A stretch of DNA of 24,000 nt, taken from NCBI RefSeq assembly GCF_002996665.1, contig NZ_CP027255.1; one strand, given 5' to 3'. This document shows, in pieces, positions 11,625 to 21,294 of the stretch. The translations under genes were made by a program, and so were the position numbers. Below the pieces are notes generated by a model, which did no database searches, was not told where the DNA came from, and saw nothing but the letters and a program-made list of their open reading frames with translations. The stretch's first letter is position 1; each line of letters starts with the position of its first letter. The stretch comes from Escherichia coli. Its GTDB lineage: Bacteria; Pseudomonadota; Gammaproteobacteria; Enterobacterales; Enterobacteriaceae.

Positions 11625-12785
11625 ATGACAAATAACCCTCTGATTCCACAAAGCAAACTTCCACAACTTGGCACCACTATTTTCACCCAGATGAGCGCGC
11701 TGGCGCAGCAACACCAGGCGATTAACCTGTCGCAAGGCTTTCCTGATTTTGATGGTCCGCGCTATTTACAGGAGCGGCTGGCGTACCACGTTGCCCAGGG
11801 GGCAAACCAATACGCGCCCATGACCGGCGTGCAGGCCTTGCGCGAGGCGATTGCTCAGAAAACGGAACGTTTGTATGGCTATCAACCAGATGCCGATAGC
11901 GATATCACCGTAACGGCAGGGGCGACGGAAGCGTTATACGCGGCGATTACCGCACTGGTGCGCAATGGCGATGAAGTGATTTGTTTTGATCCCAGCTATG
12001 ACAGTTACTCCCCCGCCATCGCGCTTTCTGGGGGAATAGTGAAGCGTATGGCACTGCAACCACCGCATTTTCGCGTTGACTGGCAGGAATTTGCCGCATT
12101 ATTAAGCGAGCGCACCAGACTGGTGATCCTCAACACTCCGCATAACCCCAGTGCAACTATCTGGCAGCAGGCTGATTTCGCCGCTTTGTGGCAGGCGATC
12201 GCCGGGCACGAGATTTTTGTCATTAGCGATGAAGTCTACGAGCACATCAACTTTTCACAACAGGGCCATGCCAGTGTGCTGGCGCATCCGCAGCTGCGTG
12301 AGCGGGCAGTGGCGGTTTCTTCATTTGGCAAGACCTATCATATGACCGGCTGGAAAGTGGGTTATTGTGTTGCGCCAGCGCCCATCAGCGCCGAAATTCG
12401 CAAGGTACATCAGTATCTGACCTTTTCGGTGAATACCCCGGCACAGCTGGCGCTTGCTGATATGCTACGTGCAGAACCTGAGCATTATCTTGCGTTACCG
12501 GACTTTTATCGCCAGAAGCGCGATATTCTGGTGAATGCTTTAAATGAAAGCCGGCTGGAGATTTTACCGTGTGAAGGTACATACTTTTTGCTGGTGGATT
12601 ACAGCGCGGTTTCTACCCTGGATGATGTTGAGTTTTGCCAGTGGCTGACGCAGGAGCACGGCGTAGCGGCGATTCCGCTGTCGGTGTTTTGCGCCGATCC
12701 CTTCCCACATAAACTGATTCGTCTCTGTTTTGCCAAGAAGGAATCGACGTTGCTGGCAGCAGCTGAACGCCTGCGCCAGCTTTAG
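11625..12785 (+). CDS. ybdL: PLP-dependent methionine aminotransferase YbdL
   Basis: 386-aa ORF with fold-type I aminotransferase features (NLSQGFPDFDGP, NTPHNPSATIW, SFGKTYHMTGWKVGY). Confidence 0.95.
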   Translation: MTNNPLIPQSKLPQLGTTIFTQMSALAQQHQAINLSQGFPDFDGPRYLQERLAYHVAQGANQYAPMTGVQALREAIAQKTERLYGYQPDADSDITVTAGATEALYAAITALVRNGDEVICFDPSYDSYSPAIALSGGIVKRMALQPPHFRVDWQEFAALLSERTRLVILNTPHNPSATIWQQADFAALWQAIAGHEIFVISDEVYEHINFSQQGHASVLAHPQLRERAVAVSSFGKTYHMTGWKVGYCVAPAPISAEIRKVHQYLTFSVNTPAQLALADMLRAEPEHYLALPDFYRQKRDILVNALNESRLEILPCEGTYFLLVDYSAVSTLDDVEFCQWLTQEHGVAAIPLSVFCADPFPHKLIRLCFAKKESTLLAAAERLRQL

Positions 12786-13415
12786 CTATTTAACCGTCCA
12801 GGCGCGGGAATATTGACGGTCGGCAAACAACTCTTGCAGGCCGTTAATTTGCTTCAGGCGCAGCACTTCGTCGCTGTCCATTCCCAGCTCTTTGCCAATT
12901 TTATTATCGTCCCATCCCAACTGGCTAAGTTCACGGACGATTTCCGACATGGCGGTGATTTGATGGCGTCCACGAGCGCGATTATGACGAATAGTCGCGG
13001 CGATGCGTTGATTACGCGTACCTTCCAGACAGGTCACCGGCAAATAACCTTTTAAGCGTAATTTTAATGATGATGAGCCTTTACCAATTTCATGGCGGTG
13101 AAAACCATCCACGATTTCCAGGGCATTTTTATCCGTATGCGTGACCACAATGGGTTGGGTAAAACCATCTATTTCAATGGATTTTTTCAGCAGTTTTTTT
13201 TCGGGTGGTGCCACGTTGTTTGGGTTGTAATCATTAGGCATAAGTTGGCTGTTTTTAACCCACAGAACGCAATCCACTGGCTCTTCACGAAAGGGGCTAA
13301 CCTGATGGATCGCCATGCGGATTTCATTAATCGCTTTGATGCGATCATCTTCCGGCAAGCTGGCGAGAAATTGCGTTAAATCCTGCGTTAATCGTTGTTG
13401 CATAGTATCCCCCAT
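12786..13415 (-). CDS. ybdM: ParB/Srx-fold (ParB N-terminal-like) protein YbdM
   Basis: 209-aa ORF with a ParB-like catalytic/nucleotide-binding motif (LEIVDGFHRHEIGK) and a C-terminal HTH-like segment (DDNKIGKELGMDSDEVLRLKQI). Confidence 0.9.
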   Translation of the reverse strand: MGDTMQQRLTQDLTQFLASLPEDDRIKAINEIRMAIHQVSPFREEPVDCVLWVKNSQLMPNDYNPNNVAPPEKKLLKKSIEIDGFTQPIVVTHTDKNALEIVDGFHRHEIGKGSSSLKLRLKGYLPVTCLEGTRNQRIAATIRHNRARGRHQITAMSEIVRELSQLGWDDNKIGKELGMDSDEVLRLKQINGLQELFADRQYSRAWTVK

Positions 13416-14608
13416 TCCTGACGTTTTCCTTTTATCCGTTCGTTATAACGCTGATAGTTCTTCGCTTTCGTAGGACTAAATGATAATGCTCGACACCAGT
13501 AATCGTTATTGAGTAAAACTTTGCATATCCGCCGCCAGGAGGGGATATCTTTCGCGCCAATGTCCCCTTGCTGGGTTTGTGGAACCTCGATGCCTTTTTT
13601 CTGATACCAGTGCAAATAAATGGCGATTTTATTGCGGTAATGCTCAGCTGTTTTTTCCGGCATGCTATTGAGCAGCAATAATGCATATTCTTGCCAGTCT
13701 AAATGTTCTGGCTTGAGGATTTTCCGATGCCCATAGAAATGATTGTCATGTCCGGCGTAAATGCCGCCACTTTTTACCCCGCTGACTCGTGCGCACATAG
13801 CTGCCCAGCGATCCGGTTCGATAACGTGATAGAGCCATAATCCTTGTCGTTGCTCCGGGCCAAAAGGTTCGCAAATTCGCATATGACGCAGAGGAACGCC
13901 TGCCTGATACATTAGGTTATACAGTGGGTTGCAGAGACTTTGATGATTTGCATACCAGGTCCAGATATCAGCCACTTTCCAGTCGTAAATGGGGTAAATG
14001 TACCAGCTATGACCGCCTGGTGCGGCCGTAGTCCATGGTTTATCGTCGGCAAAACGTTGTTTATTTAAACTGGCGATGGCGACAAAACGGTTGTAGGACT
14101 CATCCGCACGGATGCCGATCATCATCGCCGCCGGACGTTTTTGTGAAAACCATTCGGCAAACTCACGTACAAATTGTTCGAAGGTCATGCCAGGCTGGTA
14201 AAAGCAGAAAAAGTCAGGATCGGTTATCGCATCTTGCGGGGGCTGACGCACCCATTCGACATCAGGTTCCCAGCACTGCCATTCGGGTTGGAATTGTGAA
14301 AGGGAATTTTGCGTCGTAAGCGGGAGCGCAACCCAGTAAAACTCTTCGATGACATCGGTGTACAACTCGCGCAGGGACTGAACATAGTTAATGGTGCAAG
14401 AGAATTGCGCCTCCCAGTCGATAAACAAAACGTAGATTTTTTTGCCCATTTGTCGGGCAAGTTCGGCTGTCAGATGCAGCATTAAACCAGAGTCTTTGCC
14501 GCCAGAAAATGAGACACAAACGCGGGGTAGGGTGTTGAGTGTCCAGGTAATACGCTCTCGTGCAGCTTCCAGAATATTGAGCGGAAGAGGAATTTTATAA
14601 ATAGACAT
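13388..14608 (-). CDS. ybdN: PP-loop / PAPS-reductase-like protein YbdN
   Basis: 406-aa ORF with PP-loop SFSGGKDSGLML and WTTAAPGGHSWYIYPIYDWKVADIW; its 3' end overlaps the ybdM start by 28 nt. Confidence 0.92.
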   Translation of the reverse strand: MSIYKIPLPLNILEAARERITWTLNTLPRVCVSFSGGKDSGLMLHLTAELARQMGKKIYVLFIDWEAQFSCTINYVQSLRELYTDVIEEFYWVALPLTTQNSLSQFQPEWQCWEPDVEWVRQPPQDAITDPDFFCFYQPGMTFEQFVREFAEWFSQKRPAAMMIGIRADESYNRFVAIASLNKQRFADDKPWTTAAPGGHSWYIYPIYDWKVADIWTWYANHQSLCNPLYNLMYQAGVPLRHMRICEPFGPEQRQGLWLYHVIEPDRWAAMCARVSGVKSGGIYAGHDNHFYGHRKILKPEHLDWQEYALLLLNSMPEKTAEHYRNKIAIYLHWYQKKGIEVPQTQQGDIGAKDIPSWRRICKVLLNNDYWCRALSFSPTKAKNYQRYNERIKGKRQEWGILCNND

Positions 14609-14754
14609 CTGAAGACGCTCTCTGAACGTTACAGGGTGATCAGTGAGATAAGTCTGTTAATTATAAAGTAAACACTGCAAAGCAGAGTGTTTTATTTTTC
14701 ATTCGCGCTGTGAATAAATAGATGAAAGTTATAGTAGCTGTCTGTAGTTATATA

Positions 14755-15657
14755 TCAAAAACTCTCATTTAGACGGTCAATAAATCGGGAGAACACCAAA
14801 TTATTTAAAGAAGATTTATTATAGGAAATGTAAAGCTTTATTGAAGGTAACGGATGTTCTAGTTTTATCTCTTTTAAATTAAGAAAGTCACGGTAGGAAT
14901 TATAAAGTTCATAGGGGACTATTCCCAGTAAATCTGTAACTGCAATGCTATTAATGATTGTCAGCAAAGAGGAACCACGAAATGAAATTTTGCGATTCAT
15001 AAACTTCTCGTCTATTTCCATTTGAATATCATCAACTCCTGCTGATTTGGATATTAATTGGGTGAACTCTTCTGCCATAATTTGTTCATAAGTGCTATTG
15101 TCAGTAATTCGCGGATGCTTATTACTACAAATTAGAGTATTGCGAATTGTATGCAATGGCATGCAAATGACGGAACGGCTGATCACTGGCATTTGGGTGA
15201 TCACCAGATCGGCTTTGCGGTGAACCAACAGTTCTTCAGCATTCTCTGCTGACATGAGGATATCATGGCACTCAATCTCGACAGAGGCATCTTGCCGTAG
15301 GCAGCGGATCAGCATACTATTATTAGAGCAAGAAATGAGCTGAGGGCCGTAAATAATAAAGTTTTTCTTTAGTTCGGACTTATTGACTATATTAATTTTT
15401 TGTTCAAGGCCTTTGAGGTTTTTCTCAAGATGGTGATGCAGATTCAACCCTGTTGTCGTCGGCGCGATACCTTTTCCTGAGCGAATGAATAAAGGGTCAT
15501 TAAATTGCGCACGTAAGCGTTGTAACGACTGGCTCACGGCTGATGGGGTGATATATAGTGATTCAGCAGCTTTGCTAATGCTTAAATGCTGGTAAATACA
15601 CTCAAATATGACAAGAAGGTTTAAGTCGAACTTTTTCAAGTCGTAGAGATTGGCCAT
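14755..15657 (-). CDS. ybdO: LysR-family transcriptional regulator YbdO (CitR)
   Basis: 300-aa ORF with N-terminal LysR HTH (NLLVIFECIYQHLSISKAAESLYITPSAVSQSLQRLRAQFNDPLFIR); noticeably AT-rich. Confidence 0.9.
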   Translation of the reverse strand: MANLYDLKKFDLNLLVIFECIYQHLSISKAAESLYITPSAVSQSLQRLRAQFNDPLFIRSGKGIAPTTTGLNLHHHLEKNLKGLEQKINIVNKSELKKNFIIYGPQLISCSNNSMLIRCLRQDASVEIECHDILMSAENAEELLVHRKADLVITQMPVISRSVICMPLHTIRNTLICSNKHPRITDNSTYEQIMAEEFTQLISKSAGVDDIQMEIDEKFMNRKISFRGSSLLTIINSIAVTDLLGIVPYELYNSYRDFLNLKEIKLEHPLPSIKLYISYNKSSLNNLVFSRFIDRLNESF

Positions 15658-15801
15658 ACACTACTCCGGTTATATTTTTCTTCCATGGTATATTCACTTA
15701 ATCAATGTTTTTTGCGTATATATTTTTATTGATTATATTTTTTTGCTTAACTCAGGATTAAGTTTTTCTAAAATAGCATAGCCACTTAGGGCAGAGCGAG
15801 C

Positions 15802-15860
15802 AATTCATGCTTTTTTAGGATGGTTGAAAAGCAGGGATGTATTTCAACCATCCATGAATT
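15802..15860. other. Large inverted repeat / hairpin between dsbG and ybdO
   Basis: Perfect 12-bp arms ggatggttgaaa (15818-15829) and tttcaaccatcc (15842-15853), plus outer arms aattcatg (15802-15809) and catgaatt (15853-15860). Confidence 0.8.
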
Positions 15861-15865
15861 ATCTT

Positions 15866-16612
15866 TTATTTATTCCCCATAATGATATTAAGCGTTTTCT
15901 GATCGGGCAACCCCACGGCCTGTTGCAGCGTATTTTCCTTACTCATGTAATAGATAGCTGGTGTGACATTTGCCCCCAGATCGTCCATGAGTTTCTCGTT
16001 GGCGCTTAACACTTTCATTTGTTCTGTACTTACGTTTGCAGGCACGTTTAGCTTAAGCTTGCCACCAGAGGATTCATATTCTTGCCAGGTTTTTGCGGGA
16101 TCTTTGGAGGCAAGAATTGCCGCTGCTGTCGCCGGGCTTTCTGGCTTGATAACCCCAACCAACAATGTTCTTAATTGCACTTTGCCAGAATCTACCCACG
16201 GGCGCGCCTGCTGCCAGAACTGTTTACAATATGGGCAGAACGGATCGGCGAACACGTAGACAATGACCGGCGCATCTTTTTTACCGTCGAGGAGCCAGTG
16301 GGATTGTTCCATCCGTTGCCACATTTCGCGTCCGGCTGGTGCGTAAATTTCTTTTTCGATAAGTGTGTTACTCAGGTTTTCACCTTTCTCGTTGTACATG
16401 TAACCAGAGATAGCGTGCTTACCATCGGGAGTCAGGTAGATGGTGACGCCCATATCCTGATACTTTCCGAGATAACCTTTCATTCCTCCGGGGGCATCGA
16501 ACGTTTTGATGATTGTAATGCCCTGTTTTTCAATCGCTTTTACTGGGGAAGGAAGTTCCTCTGCGAAGGCGATTGCAGGAAGCAGAGCCAGTAAAAGTAT
16601 CTTTTTTAACAT
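15866..16612 (-). CDS. dsbG: Periplasmic disulfide isomerase/chaperone DsbG
   Basis: 248 aa from [17 protein letters not shown] (signal peptide) with active site [10 protein letters not shown]. The ORF track's start 20 codons upstream is unlikely. Confidence 0.95.
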   Translation of the reverse strand: MLKKILLLALLPAIAFAEELPSPVKAIEKQGITIIKTFDAPGGMKGYLGKYQDMGVTIYLTPDGKHAISGYMYNEKGENLSNTLIEKEIYAPAGREMWQRMEQSHWLLDGKKDAPVIVYVFADPFCPYCKQFWQQARPWVDSGKVQLRTLLVGVIKPESPATAAAILASKDPAKTWQEYESSGGKLKLNVPANVSTEQMKVLSANEKLMDDLGANVTPAIYYMSKENTLQQAVGLPDQKTLNIIMGNK

Positions 16613-16648
16613 TAATTTGTCCTTTTCAGTCAGTGCAAAAGTCGAGTA

Positions 16649-16685
16649 AAAGGCATAACCTATCACTGTCATAGGTAAGAGCTTA
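16649..16685. promoter_or_regulatory. OxyR-type binding site in the dsbG promoter
   Basis: Perfect inner CTAT-N7-ATAG (16660-16674) with partial outer quartets; about 13 of 16 match to ATAG-N7-CTAT-N7-ATAG-N7-CTAT. dsbG is a known OxyR regulon member. Confidence 0.75.
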
Positions 16686-16983
16686 GATCAGGTGATTGCC
16701 CTTTGTTTATGAGGGTGTTGTAATCCATGTCGTTGTTGCATTTGTAAGGGCAACACCTCAGCCTGCAGGCAGGCGCTGAAGATACCAAAGGGTAGTTCAG
16801 ATTACACGGTCACCTGGAAAGGGGGCCATTTTACTTTTTATCGCCGCTGGCGGTGCAAAGTTCACAAAGTTGTCTTACGAAGGTTGTAAGGTAAAACTTA
16901 TCGATTTGATAATGGAAACGCATTAGCCGAATCGGCAAAAATTGGTTACCTTACATCTCATCGAAAACACGGAGGAAGTATAG

Positions 16984-17547
16984 ATGTCCTTGATTAACAC
17001 CAAAATTAAACCTTTTAAAAACCAGGCATTCAAAAACGGCGAATTCATCGAAATCACCGAAAAAGATACCGAAGGCCGCTGGAGCGTCTTCTTCTTCTAC
17101 CCGGCTGACTTTACTTTCGTATGCCCGACCGAACTGGGTGACGTTGCTGACCACTACGAAGAACTGCAGAAACTGGGCGTAGACGTATACGCAGTATCTA
17201 CCGATACTCACTTCACCCACAAAGCATGGCACAGCAGCTCTGAAACCATCGCTAAAATCAAATATGCGATGATCGGCGACCCGACTGGCGCCCTGACCCG
17301 TAACTTCGACAACATGCGTGAAGATGAAGGTCTGGCTGACCGTGCGACCTTCGTTGTTGACCCGCAGGGTATCATCCAGGCAATCGAAGTTACCGCTGAA
17401 GGCATTGGCCGTGACGCGTCTGACCTGCTGCGTAAAATCAAAGCAGCACAGTACGTAGCTTCTCACCCAGGTGAAGTTTGCCCGGCTAAATGGAAAGAAG
17501 GTGAAGCAACTCTGGCTCCGTCTCTGGACCTGGTTGGTAAAATCTAA
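16984..17547 (+). CDS. ahpC: Alkyl hydroperoxide reductase peroxiredoxin subunit AhpC
   Basis: 187-aa [27 protein letters not shown]... with peroxidatic cysteine motif [11 protein letters not shown]; RBS GGAGG just upstream. Confidence 0.98.
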   Translation: MSLINTKIKPFKNQAFKNGEFIEITEKDTEGRWSVFFFYPADFTFVCPTELGDVADHYEELQKLGVDVYAVSTDTHFTHKAWHSSSETIAKIKYAMIGDPTGALTRNFDNMREDEGLADRATFVVDPQGIIQAIEVTAEGIGRDASDLLRKIKAAQYVASHPGEVCPAKWKEGEATLAPSLDLVGKI

Positions 17548-17610
17548 ATTTCCTTCGTCTTTCGCGCTACCAACTCCGGCGCGAAATACTTCGGAAATTC
17601 ACCTAATTCT

Positions 17611-17635
17611 TCGGGTGCTGCGGCACCCGATTTTC
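17611..17635 (+). terminator. Intrinsic terminator/attenuator in the ahpC-ahpF intergenic region
   Basis: 8-bp perfect stem tcgggtgc / gcacccga with tgcg loop, directly followed by ttttctt. Confidence 0.8.
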
Positions 17636-17717
17636 TTCCCCGCACCATGATGCAAGCTGCATCCAGGTAGCCGCAGAGGCCGCTTGCATGATGATGTTTA
17701 AAGCCCAGGAGATAAAC

Positions 17718-19283
17718 ATGCTCGACACAAATATGAAAACTCAACTCAAGGCTTACCTTGAGAAATTGACCAAGCCTGTTGAGTTAATTGCCACGCTGGA
17801 TGACAGCGCTAAATCGGCAGAAATCAAGGAACTGTTGGCTGAAATCGCAGAACTGTCAGACAAAGTCACCTTTAAAGAAGATAACAGCTTGCCGGTGCGT
17901 AAGCCGTCTTTCCTGATCACCAACCCAGGTTCCAACCAGGGGCCACGTTTTGCAGGCTCCCCGCTGGGCCACGAGTTCACCTCGCTGGTACTGGCGTTGC
18001 TGTGGACCGGTGGTCATCCGTCGAAAGAAGCGCAGTCTCTGCTGGAGCAGATTCGCCATATTGACGGTGATTTTGAATTCGAAACCTATTACTCGCTCTC
18101 TTGCCATAACTGCCCGGACGTGGTGCAGGCGCTGAACCTGATGAGCGTACTGAACCCGCGCATCAAGCACACTGCAATTGACGGCGGCACCTTCCAGAAC
18201 GAAATCACCGATCGCAACGTGATGGGCGTTCCGGCAGTGTTCGTAAACGGGAAAGAGTTTGGTCAGGGCCGCATGACGTTGACTGAAATCGTTGCCAAAA
18301 TTGATACGGGCGCGGAAAAACGTGCGGCAGAAGAGCTGAACAAGCGTGATGCTTATGACGTATTAATCGTTGGTTCCGGCCCGGCGGGTGCAGCGGCAGC
18401 AATTTACTCCGCACGTAAAGGCATCCGTACCGGTCTGATGGGCGAACGTTTTGGTGGTCAGATCCTCGATACCGTTGATATCGAAAACTACATTTCTGTA
18501 CCGAAGACTGAAGGGCAGAAGCTGGCAGGCGCACTGAAAGTTCACGTTGATGAATACGACGTTGATGTGATCGACAGCCAGAGCGCCAGCAAACTGATCC
18601 CAGCAGCAGTTGAAGGTGGTCTGCATCAGATTGAAACAGCTTCTGGCGCGGTACTGAAAGCACGCAGCATTATCGTGGCGACCGGTGCAAAATGGCGCAA
18701 CATGAACGTTCCTGGCGAAGATCAGTATCGCACCAAAGGCGTGACCTACTGCCCGCACTGCGACGGCCCGCTGTTTAAAGGCAAACGCGTAGCGGTTATC
18801 GGCGGCGGTAACTCCGGCGTGGAAGCGGCAATTGACCTGGCGGGTATCGTTGAGCACGTAACGCTGCTCGAATTTGCGCCAGAAATGAAAGCCGACCAGG
18901 TTCTGCAGGACAAACTGCGCAGCCTGAAAAACGTCGACATTATTCTGAATGCGCAAACCACGGAAGTGAAAGGCGACGGCAGCAAAGTCGTTGGTCTGGA
19001 ATATCGAGATCGTGTCAGCGGCGATATTCACAACATCGAACTGGCCGGTATTTTCGTCCAGATTGGTCTGCTGCCGAACACCAACTGGCTGGAAGGCGCA
19101 GTCGAACGTAACCGCATGGGTGAGATTATCATTGATGCGAAATGCGAAACCAACGTCAAAGGCGTATTCGCAGCGGGTGACTGTACGACGGTTCCGTACA
19201 AGCAGATCATCATCGCCACTGGCGAAGGTGCCAAAGCCTCTCTGAGTGCTTTTGACTACCTGATTCGCACCAAAACTGCATAA
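17718..19283 (+). CDS. ahpF: Alkyl hydroperoxide reductase flavoprotein subunit AhpF
   Basis: 521 aa from [20 protein letters not shown] after an aggaga RBS, with CxxC disulfide centres (SCHNC, YCPHC) and FAD/NAD binding motifs. The track's start at 17688 is 10 codons too early. Confidence 0.97.
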
Positions 19284-19312
19284 GAAGAAGTAAGATTCAC
19301 CTGCAATTGCTT

Positions 19313-19343
19313 AGCCGCCGGGGTCAAACCTGGCGGCTTTTTT
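19313..19343 (+). terminator. Rho-independent terminator after ahpF
   Basis: agccgcc...ggcggct stem followed by tttttt. Confidence 0.9.
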
Positions 19344-19351
19344 ATGGCATT

Positions 19352-19384
19352 AAAAAGCCCTGCCGGGATGGCTCCGGGCAGGGC
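19352..19384 (-). terminator. Rho-independent terminator after uspG
   Basis: On the minus strand gccctgcc...ggcagggc followed by TTTTT (plus-strand aaaaa at 19352-19356). Confidence 0.88.
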
Positions 19385-19403
19385 GGGATATTTATTCTGG
19401 CAA

Positions 19404-19832
19404 TTAACGCACAACCAGCACCGGCAGATTGGCATGGCGGATCACGCTCGAGGCGTTAGAACCTAACAGATGGGTCGAAATCGATGGGTTGCGAGAACCA
19501 ATAACTACAACATCAGCCCCCAGTTCTTCTGCCAACTCATTGACTTCATCCCGCACGCTACCAAAACGGACATGTTGTTTAATGCGGGAAGGATCGATGG
19601 TGAAGTGGCTGACCATCGTTTGCAGACGTTCTTCTGCTTCATGTTGCAGATGCTCTTCAAAACGACGCACATCAGCGGCAAAACGGTGCAGGCTCAGGCT
19701 GGCTGACCCGGGTAGTACGTGAAGTAGATGAATAACTCCGTCATCCTGGGCGAGGAATTCAGCGTGGCGAACAGCTTTGTCGCTCAATTCCATTTCAAAT
19801 ACATCAACTGGCATAATGATTGTCTTATACAT
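19404..19832 (-). CDS. uspG: Universal stress protein UspG (YbdQ, UP12)
   Basis: 142-aa [32 protein letters not shown]... with C-terminal Usp ATP-binding signature [31 protein letters not shown]. Confidence 0.95.
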   Translation of the reverse strand: MYKTIIMPVDVFEMELSDKAVRHAEFLAQDDGVIHLLHVLPGSASLSLHRFAADVRRFEEHLQHEAEERLQTMVSHFTIDPSRIKQHVRFGSVRDEVNELAEELGADVVVIGSRNPSISTHLLGSNASSVIRHANLPVLVVR

Positions 19833-20052
19833 AACCCTTTCTCCCTGTTAATCATGAACAAATCATTCGCCATGATTATAATATTTATCCCTGATATTTG
19901 TCTGGTTCTTTTTCCTTACGAACGGTTTCTGTGATTAATATATTCTCACTGAACACCAGGAATTCTCCCAAAACCTGCGGTACCGCCCGTTTTCCCGCTG
20001 TGATAGCTACCCTTAAAGACTGACTCTTTTTTGAACTGTCTCTGGAGGTTGC

Positions 20053-21291
20053 ATGAAAGCATTGACTTATCACGGCCCACATCACGTTCAGGTAGAAAAT
20101 GTTCCCGATCCGGGCATTGAACAGGCAGATGATATTATTCTGCGTATTACGGCAACGGCGATCTGTGGCTCTGACCTCCATCTTTATCGAGGCAAAATAC
20201 CCCAGGTTAAACATGGCGATATTTTTGGTCATGAATTTATGGGGGAAGTCGTTGAAACCGGAAAGGACGTAAAAAATTTGCAAAAAGGCGACCGGGTGGT
20301 AATTCCGTTTGTCATTGCTTGTGGCGACTGTTTTTTCTGTCGAATGCAGCAATATGCCGCCTGCGAAAATACCAATGCGGGTAAAGGCGCTGCGCTCAAT
20401 AAAAAACAGATACCAGCTCCCGCGGCATTGTTTGGTTATAGTCACCTGTATGGTGGCGTTCCTGGTGGACAGGCGGAATATGTCCGCGTCCCTAAAGGGA
20501 ATGTGGGGCCGTTTAAAGTACCGCCTTTGCTTTCAGATGATAAAGCCCTTTTCCTTTCTGATATTCTGCCAACGGCATGGCAGGCAGCAAAAAATGCGCA
20601 GATCCAACAAGGTTCAAGCGTTGCAGTCTATGGTGCCGGTCCAGTGGGATTGTTGACAATCGCCTGTGCACGGTTGCTCGGTGCGGAACAGATTTTTGTT
20701 GTTGATCATCATCCCTACCGCTTGCGTTTCGCCGCTGACCGCTACGGCGCGATCCCGATTAATTTCGATGAAGATAGCGATCCGGCACAGTCAATTATTG
20801 AACAAACGGCAGGTCACCGGGGCGTGGATGCAGTAATAGACGCCGTCGGTTTTGAAGCGAAAGGCAGCACCACGGAAACGGTGCTGACTAACCTGAAACT
20901 GGAGGGCAGCAGCGGTAAAGCGTTGCGCCAGTGTATTGCGGCGGTCAGGCGTGGCGGCATTGTTAGCGTACCGGGCGTCTACGCTGGATTTATTCACGGT
21001 TTCCTGTTTGGCGACGCCTTTGATAAAGGGTTGACGTTTAAAATGGGACAGACCCACGTTCACGCATGGCTGGGAGAATTATTACCGTTAATTGAGAAAG
21101 GATTACTGAAACCAGAAGAAATTGTTACCCACTATATGCCGTTTGAAGAGGCCGCCCGGGGATATGAGATTTTCGAAAAACGTGAAGAGGAGTGCCGTAA
21201 GGTGATTCTGGTACCCGGTGCACAAAGCGCAGAGGCGGCGCAGAAGGCGGTTTCAGGTCTGGTGAATGCGATGCCGGGGGGAACAATATGA
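20053..21291 (+). CDS. ybdR: Zn-dependent medium-chain alcohol dehydrogenase-like oxidoreductase YbdR
   Basis: 412-aa ORF with [12 protein letters not shown], zinc cluster [15 protein letters not shown] and Rossmann motif [12 protein letters not shown]. Confidence 0.94.
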   Translation: MKALTYHGPHHVQVENVPDPGIEQADDIILRITATAICGSDLHLYRGKIPQVKHGDIFGHEFMGEVVETGKDVKNLQKGDRVVIPFVIACGDCFFCRMQQYAACENTNAGKGAALNKKQIPAPAALFGYSHLYGGVPGGQAEYVRVPKGNVGPFKVPPLLSDDKALFLSDILPTAWQAAKNAQIQQGSSVAVYGAGPVGLLTIACARLLGAEQIFVVDHHPYRLRFAADRYGAIPINFDEDSDPAQSIIEQTAGHRGVDAVIDAVGFEAKGSTTETVLTNLKLEGSSGKALRQCIAAVRRGGIVSVPGVYAGFIHGFLFGDAFDKGLTFKMGQTHVHAWLGELLPLIEKGLLKPEEIVTHYMPFEEAARGYEIFEKREEECRKVILVPGAQSAEAAQKAVSGLVNAMPGGTI

Positions 21292-21294
21292 TCG

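Noticed and set aside
12781-12790. Possible overlap or fusion at the ybdL/ybdM junction
   Set aside because: The two convergent genes simply abut with adjacent stop codons (tag at 12783-12785, cta at 12786-12788); compact but ordinary.
16175-16594. 139-aa and nearby 98-aa plus-strand ORFs antisense to dsbG
   Set aside because: Shadow ORFs over a well-recognised gene; no RBS or protein-like features noted.
18205-19031. 152-aa and 222-aa minus-strand ORFs antisense to ahpF
   Set aside because: Fully contained within ahpF and cysteine/arginine-rich with no recognisable family; considered spurious.
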